From positions 5,310,001 through 5,342,000 of the forward strand of contig NC_003272.1 in assembly GCF_000009705.1 (NCBI RefSeq): DNA of 32,000 nt. Reading direction: 5' to 3'. This DNA comes from Nostoc sp. PCC 7120 = FACHB-418. GTDB taxonomy: Bacteria; Cyanobacteriota; Cyanobacteriia; Cyanobacteriales; Nostocaceae. The position numbers and the translations under genes are program-made. Below are positions 26,086-32,000 of this stretch, piece by piece (positions within the stretch are counted from its first letter, which is position 1; every line of letters starts with the position of its first letter). The notes beneath the pieces were generated by a model. The model saw nothing but the letters and a program-made list of their open reading frames with translations. It was not told where the DNA came from and ran no database searches.

Positions 26086-28146
26086 CTAATTCGCTGCTGT
26101 CTGGGCTTCTTGATAAATTATTTCTTGAAACTGAATTACATCTTTTTGCGGGTCGGAAATACTAACTTTTACTAATACCTGTTCACCTAGTCTCACCGAT
26201 CGCTTGAATACCATCGGTAATTGTAAACCCAAATCTTCTAACAAAATTAGTGCTAAGTTACTATCTTCTCGCAGCCACATTAGCACTGTTACCTGCCAAA
26301 TCTCTTCTGGATGACGGCGCAAATATTCCAACGCCCAGTACCTATTAGTCTGACGTTCTACCATTGTCAGCTCTTGGGTGGTGCTGGTAACGGTCATCAT
26401 TACTTCTTTGAGTTCTTCGGCGGTAAAAGGGGGAACTTCACCCCGGAGGTGGGCTTTAAGTTGAAAGTGCGTTAGTAAGTCACTGTAGCGGCGGATGGGA
26501 GATGTGGCTTGGGTGTAAGTATCTAAACCTAAACCAGCGTGACGTACAGGAGTAATACTCATTTCACTCTTGGGCATACAACGCCGCATGGCACAAGCAC
26601 GGACAAATCCGGCTGGAAGTCGGAGTAATTCGTCTTCTGGGGGTAATTCCGGTTGTGGTTGACCACGAAAGGGCAAGGGTATGTTGTGTACTTGACCGTA
26701 ACGGGCTGCCACTTCACCAGCTAGAATCATCATTTCTGCTACTAACTGCCGTGACCGGGAATCATCTAGAATGTCGATACTGATGTCATCATTCTTGACT
26801 TTAATCATCGCCTCCGGCATATTAATGCTGATTGCGCCTTGATTATACCGCCAAGATTTGCGCTTAGTTGCCCAAGTAGCGATCGCCGCAATTTCTGGTT
26901 CTGCTTGTACGCCTAATTCCAACATCTCATCTACGTCTTCGTAGGTGAGGCGATAGGTAGGCTTAATTAAGCTGGGATGAATAGTAAAGTCTTGTACTGC
27001 CCCTGTCCCATCTAAAACCACACCAAAACTCAAAGCACAGCAAACTCTTCCCTGTACCAAACTCATGGGGCCGGTTGCCAATACTTCGGGAAACATGGGA
27101 ATCATTCCCGTCGGCAAATAAACTGTGCTGCCTCGCTTCCTGGCTTCTAGGTCTAAATCATCTTCTGGTGCTAAGTAGCGGGTAGGATCGGCGATATGCA
27201 CCCACAATCTTTCCCTGTCATCCGGGAGTTTTTCCCAACTCAATCCATCATCTATTTCAGTGGTGCTTTCATCGTCAACTGTATAGACCTTCAGGTGAGT
27301 CAAATCAAGGCGATTTGTGTCTAAGTCTGTCGGCGGGAAATCCAAACGCTGTTGCGCCACTTCTAATACCTTGCTAGGAAACTGAACTGGAATTGACGAA
27401 CGACGCAGGAACAAGTTTTCCGTGGCACTCCACCACCCCAAATCTACCAGTAATTGAAAAGCGCCTTGGGGGGTTGCGGGTCGCCCCAGCATATTCATTG
27501 TTTCTAATACTGGGGCTGGGGGAGGATAGGCACGCGCCAGAGAATCATAGTTTAGCCCCACCTTCACAATGTCGGCTAAAAGTGTTCCATACTTTTCCAA
27601 TCCTTCTAGGCGTTGGCGGTCATGACGCTGCCACTCTACTGCTTCGCCTTGGAGTGCTTGTTCTACACGCGTCAAAAATTCCTGCTGTCCCCTAGCTTTG
27701 AGGGCTTCTACTTCTATCTGGTGTTTGCGATCTGCTACTTGAGCCGCCGTTCTCGGTTCGTAAGCATCACCTTTTTGTTTAAAATATAACTTGTCATCTG
27801 ATAACAAGCAATGAGCAGCATAACTGGGAGCTGAGTTTGATTCCGAAAACAGTAGATTGGCCATTTGGGATGGCGTGACTGTTTCTCCATCTTCTACTAG
27901 TAATTCCCAAGCCACTTCTAAGCTGGAGGGGTCGAGATAAGGCTTGACTTCCTCCAAAAACCTGTCAATCTCCGATGGCTTATAAGTGTTGCCGTTAACT
28001 GTATATGTAATTTGTCTAGGCGCGAGGCTGTGGGATTGACCACGTTCATCTACCACAAACCAACGGGTTTTTCCATCTGGGCGGTCTACCACGCCCAAAC
28101 GGCGATCGCCTTGAACCCTAAATTCAACTAGCGTCCCCTTCTCCAC
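26086..28146 (-). CDS. rnb: Exoribonuclease of the RNase II/R family (RNB domain)
   Basis: 686-aa ORF with a GTG start. The RNB motifs are TEIDDGLS, LWVHIADPT and ATSPIRRYSDLLTHFQL. A C-terminal S1-like region is present. The gene lies next to rpsR and rpmG. Confidence 0.85.
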   Translation of the reverse strand: MEKGTLVEFRVQGDRRLGVVDRPDGKTRWFVVDERGQSHSLAPRQITYTVNGNTYKPSEIDRFLEEVKPYLDPSSLEVAWELLVEDGETVTPSQMANLLFSESNSAPSYAAHCLLSDDKLYFKQKGDAYEPRTAAQVADRKHQIEVEALKARGQQEFLTRVEQALQGEAVEWQRHDRQRLEGLEKYGTLLADIVKVGLNYDSLARAYPPPAPVLETMNMLGRPATPQGAFQLLVDLGWWSATENLFLRRSSIPVQFPSKVLEVAQQRLDFPPTDLDTNRLDLTHLKVYTVDDESTTEIDDGLSWEKLPDDRERLWVHIADPTRYLAPEDDLDLEARKRGSTVYLPTGMIPMFPEVLATGPMSLVQGRVCCALSFGVVLDGTGAVQDFTIHPSLIKPTYRLTYEDVDEMLELGVQAEPEIAAIATWATKRKSWRYNQGAISINMPEAMIKVKNDDISIDILDDSRSRQLVAEMMILAGEVAARYGQVHNIPLPFRGQPQPELPPEDELLRLPAGFVRACAMRRCMPKSEMSITPVRHAGLGLDTYTQATSPIRRYSDLLTHFQLKAHLRGEVPPFTAEELKEVMMTVTSTTQELTMVERQTNRYWALEYLRRHPEEIWQVTVLMWLREDSNLALILLEDLGLQLPMVFKRSVRLGEQVLVKVSISDPQKDVIQFQEIIYQEAQTAAN

Positions 28147-28175
28147 AACTCTCGCAATTAATTGGTTAACAAATA

Positions 28176-28346
28176 GATTTTAGATTTTGGAGTTCAATAA
28201 TGACTACTAAATCCAAAATCTGGTAATTTTCACTGTAGAACAATATCCTACACTAATTGAGATTTTAGATTATGGACTCAGACGATTCAAAGCTACATAA
28301 CAATCTTTATGTAGCTGCTTGTGTTCATCCAAAATCTAAAATTCTC
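28176..28346. repeat. Nested inverted and direct repeats in the rpsR-rnb spacer
   Basis: Direct copies of GATTTTAGATT[T/A]TGGA lie at 28176-28191 and 28261-28276. Inverted partners lie at 28212-28221 and 28328-28346. An inner perfect 10-bp hairpin is AGCTACATAA (28291-28300) / TTATGTAGCT (28307-28316). Confidence 0.7.
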
Positions 28347-28360
28347 GCCACTGACTAGAA

Positions 28361-28576
28361 TTAGCCTTCCGCATTGATAAATGGCAACAAAGCCACAAGA
28401 CGGGAACGTTTAATTGCTAGTGTCAATTCTCGCTGTTGTTTAGCGGTTAGACCAGTAATTCTCCGGGGTAAAATCTTACCACGCTCGGTGATAAATTTAC
28501 GCAATAAATCAACGTCTTTGTAATCAATCGGTTCTCCAGGCTTAATTGGAGACAGGCGACGACGGTAATAGCTCAT
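28361..28576 (-). CDS. rpsR: 30S ribosomal protein S18
   Basis: 71-aa ORF. The sequence ...[43 protein letters not shown]... is unmistakably S18. Confidence 0.95.
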   Translation of the reverse strand: MSYYRRRLSPIKPGEPIDYKDVDLLRKFITERGKILPRRITGLTAKQQRELTLAIKRSRLVALLPFINAEG

Positions 28577-28578
28577 CT

Positions 28579-28773
28579 TTACTTGATTTCCTTGTGAACG
28601 GTATGTTTATTACAGTGGGTACAGAACTTTTTTAGTTCTAGACGATTGGTGGTGTTACGACGGTTCTTGGTTGAGGTATACCGGGAAACACCTGGCGATC
28701 GCTTGTCTGGATTTGTCCGGCATTCAGTACACTCTAGTGTGACTATAATGCGCGCACCTTTACTTTTAGCCAT
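28579..28773 (-). CDS. rpmG: 50S ribosomal protein L33
   Basis: 64-aa ORF. It has the two Cys pairs (CTEC ... CTHC) and [20 protein letters not shown], which are typical of L33. It ends 2 nt upstream of rpsR. Confidence 0.95.
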   Translation of the reverse strand: MAKSKGARIIVTLECTECRTNPDKRSPGVSRYTSTKNRRNTTNRLELKKFCTHCNKHTVHKEIK

Positions 28774-28817
28774 AATCTTATCAAACGCTAAAGCCTGAAG
28801 AGAATTAACACAAATGA

Positions 28818-29378
28818 CTATCGTCTCACATTTCGTCGTAAAGTTCCAACTAATCGCTTAATTTTTAAATCAAGGGAATAGCCCCGACTCGACGAAACTA
28901 TGAAAGTTCCAGCGTAGCGGTCATGCCAAGCCTGCCGCATCTGGTTATCAGAGAAAGCCGCACCACAGTCAATTGCCAGAGGAATCACTAGCAGTATGGC
29001 AGTGGGGTTGAGTCTAATGTTGCCCAAAGCAATGGACAGCAAAAGAACACCAAAGCCAATTATAACTTCTCTCTTGAACAGTGCCAGTAATTCAGGTATC
29101 CTGGGGACAACTTCCCCATCTTCCACTTCCAGCACCTTTAAGTCAAACGCCCAACGCCCTAAACTTTGTCCTTGATTGTTATAGACAACCAACACACGCA
29201 AGATTAACCAACCGATAACAAAAACTAAAATTTGCACAACTTGAATACCGATACCACCACTATTACCCAAGAAGGAACTAACTAACCAAACACCAAGAAA
29301 ATCCACCCCCAAAGCGAAACCTCGTCGCCAAATATCAGCTTTGGGGTAATATTTTTTGGGGATACGTTCGATGGTCAT
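28818..29378 (-). CDS. RDD-family membrane protein
   Basis: 186-aa ORF. It has an N-terminal W/RR-G-FA-L-DF region and 3 hydrophobic segments, consistent with an RDD domain. The call rests on pattern only. Confidence 0.55.
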   Translation of the reverse strand: MTIERIPKKYYPKADIWRRGFALGVDFLGVWLVSSFLGNSGGIGIQVVQILVFVIGWLILRVLVVYNNQGQSLGRWAFDLKVLEVEDGEVVPRIPELLALFKREVIIGFGVLLLSIALGNIRLNPTAILLVIPLAIDCGAAFSDNQMRQAWHDRYAGTFIVSSSRGYSLDLKIKRLVGTLRRNVRR

Positions 29379-29446
29379 AAAAATGGGGGGTGGGGAGTAG
29401 TGAATGGGGAGTAATTCTTGTTACTTCTATAATTTTAGTCAAGTAC

Positions 29447-30070
29447 ATGATCAATTTTTTAAACATTGACCATCTGCCAGAAAATATCAAAATGGCGATG
29501 GCAATCACCTATGAGAGTTTAACGGCTGGACAGCCGCTTTTCCATCAAGGAGATTTAACCAGAGCCATTTTTGTAGTCATATCTGGACAGATCAGACTCA
29601 TGCACTATACCGACGCTGGTCAATCCATCAAGCACTATGAAGTCAAAGCTGGAGAGAGTTTTGCAGAAGCTGCATTGTTCAATGAGTTTTATGATTGTAC
29701 AGCGATCGCTGATATTCCTTCCCGTGTCGCTACTTTTCCTAAACAGGCGTTTCTAGCAACTTTGCGCCAATATCCAGATTTATCAGAGGCTCTCATAGTA
29801 CAACTGGCACGAAGATTTCACCAAGTAAAAATCTTACTAGAACTACGGAGTATTCGTTCTGCGCGCGATCGCGTGCTGCGTTATTTGGAAATTTCCGCCC
29901 ATCCACACGGAAACACCGTCAATCTGGATAAACCTCTGAAAGAAATAGCCGAAGATATGGGATTGAGCCAGGAAGCATTGTCTCGCGTTTTGAGTCAACT
30001 GCAAAAAGACGGGACAATTACCCGCAAAAAACGACAAATTGTATTAATTCAAGAATTAAATCGAACTTAA
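29447..30070 (+). CDS. Crp/Fnr-family transcriptional regulator
   Basis: The cNMP-binding-like N-terminal domain reads LFHQGDLTRAIFVVISGQIRL ... AGESFAEAALF. The C-terminal HTH reads LKEIAEDMGLSQEALSRVLSQLQKDGTI. The ORF track starts at GTG 29390, but ATG 29447 (MINFLNIDHL) is the more plausible start. Confidence 0.8.
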   Translation: MINFLNIDHLPENIKMAMAITYESLTAGQPLFHQGDLTRAIFVVISGQIRLMHYTDAGQSIKHYEVKAGESFAEAALFNEFYDCTAIADIPSRVATFPKQAFLATLRQYPDLSEALIVQLARRFHQVKILLELRSIRSARDRVLRYLEISAHPHGNTVNLDKPLKEIAEDMGLSQEALSRVLSQLQKDGTITRKKRQIVLIQELNRT

Positions 30071-30189
30071 TCGCAAAATTACGGAATATTAAAAATCATC
30101 TCAAACTTGATTTCAATCAAAGAAGTCTCTGTGACGAAAGCATAGATTTAGCTACGGAAATCTGACGCTATGCCAACACAGAACAAATC

Positions 30190-30951
30190 ATGACTTTGAA
30201 TCAACCTGAATATTTCACCAAATACGAAAACCTGCACTTCCATCGAGATGAAAATGGCATTCTAGAAGTGAGAATGCACACAAACGGTAGTTCACTTGTT
30301 TTCACAGGTAAAACTCATCGAGAGTTTCCCGACGCATTCTACGACATTAGCCGAGACAGAGATAACCGTGTTGTCATCCTCACAGGTAGTGGTGATGCTT
30401 GGATGGCTGAAATCGATTTTCCTAGTTTAGGAGATGTCACCAATCCTCGTGAGTGGGATAAAACTTATTGGGAAGGTAAAAAGGTGCTGCAAAACCTCTT
30501 GGATATTGAAGTACCAGTTATCTCTGCTGTCAATGGTGCAGCATTACTTCATAGTGAATACATTCTGACGACCGACATTATTCTTGCGTCTGAAAACACT
30601 GTATTTCAAGATATGCCTCATTTAAATGCAGGTATCGTACCAGGTGACGGAGTGCATATATTATGGCCGTTGGCACTTGGTCTTTATCGCGGGCGCTACT
30701 TCTTGTTTACTCAAGAAAAGCTGACGGCTCAACAAGCTTATGAACTTAATGTTGTCCATGAAGTACTGCCGCAAAGCAAACTCATGGAACGGGCTTGGGA
30801 AATTGCCAGGACACTTGCCAAACAGCCCACATTAAACTTGCGATACACCCGTGTGGCCTTGACTCAAAGACTGAAGCGGTTAGTTAATGAAGGGATTGGC
30901 TATGGTCTAGCATTAGAAGGTATTACCGCCACCGATCTCCGCAATACTTAA
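30190..30951 (+). CDS. Crotonase-fold protein with non-canonical active-site residues, resembling 6-oxocamphor hydrolase / beta-diketone hydrolase
   Basis: 253-aa ORF with an enoyl-CoA hydratase/isomerase fold pattern (VVILTGSGDAW ... ISAVNGAA). The usual GGG oxyanion segment is LLH, and the catalytic-Glu position (PE) is PH (DMPHLNAGIVPGDGVH). The family assignment is solid. The specific hydrolase call comes from memory of the Anabaena ABDH literature. Confidence 0.7.
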   Translation: MTLNQPEYFTKYENLHFHRDENGILEVRMHTNGSSLVFTGKTHREFPDAFYDISRDRDNRVVILTGSGDAWMAEIDFPSLGDVTNPREWDKTYWEGKKVLQNLLDIEVPVISAVNGAALLHSEYILTTDIILASENTVFQDMPHLNAGIVPGDGVHILWPLALGLYRGRYFLFTQEKLTAQQAYELNVVHEVLPQSKLMERAWEIARTLAKQPTLNLRYTRVALTQRLKRLVNEGIGYGLALEGITATDLRNT

Positions 30952-31025
30952 CATTTTTGATACTTGACAGGAAGAGGCAGGGGGGAGGTACTTCCCCTTT
31001 TCCCCCTGCTCCCTTTCTTCTTCTT

Positions 31026-31059
31026 GACAGGTGAATTTAACAGTAATAATTCACCTGTC
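31026..31059 (+). other. 12-bp perfect hairpin between the crotonase-fold gene and the SDR gene
   Basis: The arms are GACAGGTGAATT (31026-31037) and AATTCACCTGTC (31048-31059), with a 10-nt loop. No clear U-run follows. Confidence 0.5.
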
Positions 31060-31094
31060 TATAGGAATCCGATTTGATTTCTGAAAAATTTTCA

Positions 31095-31149
31095 GTAGGG
31101 TGGGCAATGCCCACCAGAACCATGAGCCGGTGGGCATTGCCCACCCTAC
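31095..31149. repeat. 21-bp perfect inverted repeat (REP/MITE-like palindromic unit)
   Basis: The arms are GTAGGGTGGGCAATGCCCACC (31095-31115) and GGTGGGCATTGCCCACCCTAC (31129-31149), with a 13-nt loop. Each arm is itself nearly palindromic (GGTGGGCA.TGCCCACC). Confidence 0.8.
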
Positions 31150-31204
31150 GTATATTTCAAAAATCAAGTATGAGTTATATAGAAACATCCAGAGGTAAAT
31201 TACA

Positions 31205-32000
31205 GTGGAAAATTTTGTTACCCCTCCAGCTTTTGGGGAAAAAATCCGGGAACGCTGGACATTAGCCGGACGAAAAGCTTTGATTACCGGAGCTACAAAA
31301 GGAATTGGTTTAGCGATCGCTCAAGAGTTCTTGGCTTTAGGTGCAGAAGTCGTCATTGTGGCTCGCAATGCTGAAGCGATTGAGCAGCAGATGAAGGCTT
31401 GGCATTCTGCGGGGAAAGTTCACGGAGTTGCAGCCGACGTTTCCACTTCTGAGGGTCGTCAAATGATGCTTGATTACGTTAGCAAGACCTTTGGAGAACT
31501 TGACATTTTGGTGAACAACGTTGGCACAAATATTCGTAAGAAAGCGACTGATTACACAGAAGAAGAATTTGCTGCGATATTTCAAATTAATCTAACTTCT
31601 ATATTTGAGCTTTCCCGACTGTTTTATCCCTTACTCAAAACAAGTAAAAACAGCAGTATCGTTAACATCGGTTCTGTTGCTGGATTAATTTCCGTTCGGA
31701 CTGGCGCACCCTATGGCATGACCAAAGCTGCACTCGTGCAGTTAACGCGATCGCTGGCGGTAGAATGGGCAGATGATGGTATTCGCGTTAATGCGATCGC
31801 ACCTTGGTTTATCCAAACTCCTCTGACCGAGCCTCTACTCAACAATCCCGAAACTTTAAGCGCAGTCCTTTCACGCACACCAATGAAACGCGTGGGTCAA
31901 CCCGAAGAAGTAGCCAGCCTGACGGCTTTTCTCTGTATGCCTACCGCATCCTACATCACAGGACAATGTATTGCTGTTGATGGAGGATTTCTGGCATTTG
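31205..32000 (+). CDS. Short-chain dehydrogenase/reductase (tropinone-reductase-like), 3'-truncated by the window edge
   Basis: The frame is open from 31199 to the window end and is absent from the ORF track because it has no stop. Motifs present are TGATKGIG (cofactor binding), NNVG and the catalytic YGMTK. The start is uncertain. GTG 31205 follows AGAGG at 31191-31195, and there is no in-frame ATG upstream of the Rossmann motif. Confidence 0.8.
   Translation, partial: MENFVTPPAFGEKIRERWTLAGRKALITGATKGIGLAIAQEFLALGAEVVIVARNAEAIEQQMKAWHSAGKVHGVAADVSTSEGRQMMLDYVSKTFGELDILVNNVGTNIRKKATDYTEEEFAAIFQINLTSIFELSRLFYPLLKTSKNSSIVNIGSVAGLISVRTGAPYGMTKAALVQLTRSLAVEWADDGIRVNAIAPWFIQTPLTEPLLNNPETLSAVLSRTPMKRVGQPEEVASLTAFLCMPTASYITGQCIAVDGGFLAF

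Noticed and set aside
29381-29446. GTG 29390 as the Crp start, and the G-rich tract GGGGGGTGGGGAGTAGTGAATGGGGAG as a G-quadruplex
   Set aside because: A start at 29390 would leave only 11 bp between divergent genes and would add a non-homologous N-terminus. The G-tract has only three clear G-runs, so a G4 is not supported.
30964-31052. Two TTGACA hexamers (30964-30969 and 31024-31029) as -35 boxes for the SDR gene
   Set aside because: Only the second has a nearby AATAAT, and the spacer is a short 15 nt. It also overlaps the 12-bp hairpin. It is a possible promoter but is not supported without TSS data.
31074-31585. ORFs 31074..31265 (+) and 31337..31585 (-)
   Set aside because: The first is generated by the palindromic repeat and overlaps the start region of the SDR gene. 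The second is antisense to the well-supported SDR coding frame.

Overview
The window looks like chromosomal DNA from a heterocyst-forming cyanobacterium of the Nostoc/Anabaena type. Three things support this. I found at least 22 copies of the HIP1 octamer GCGATCGC by eye. There are three arrays of STRR-like tandem heptamers. The gene content matches the flv4 / sll0218-like / flv2 operon, which from memory is all4446-all4444 in Nostoc sp. PCC 7120.

Gene content from left to right:
- A polysaccharide locus: a GT2 gene, a Wzc-like BY-kinase, two GT4 genes, a second GT2 gene and a Wzy/O-antigen-ligase-like membrane protein. This locus is interrupted by about 7 kb carrying an orphan TpsA-like filamentous-hemagglutinin protein, a DUF1868/2H phosphoesterase and a coiled-coil membrane protein with zinc ribbons.
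- One GT4 gene is cleanly split by a 909-bp IS5-family element.
- A FAD-binding oxidoreductase, followed by the flavodiiron operon.
- An ACC-deaminase-family PLP enzyme and a GH10 xylanase with a Tat signal.
- A 1.15-kb ORF-free stretch holding an IS1-like relic and three minus-strand intrinsic terminators.
- An RDD-rpmG-rpsR-rnb gene string on the minus strand.
- A Crp-family regulator, a non-canonical crotonase-fold protein that resembles beta-diketone hydrolases, and a partial SDR gene.

I found no CRISPR array, tRNA gene or rRNA gene. I could not identify a convincing new multi-gene system such as a defence system. The items most worth follow-up are the terminator-bearing tandem units at 25.4-25.8 kb (candidate sRNAs), the heptamer arrays that form gene junctions, the orphan TpsA-like gene, the 2H-phosphoesterase / zinc-ribbon pair, and the Crp / beta-diketone-hydrolase-like / SDR module. 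All functional calls rest on motifs read by eye. No database search was run.
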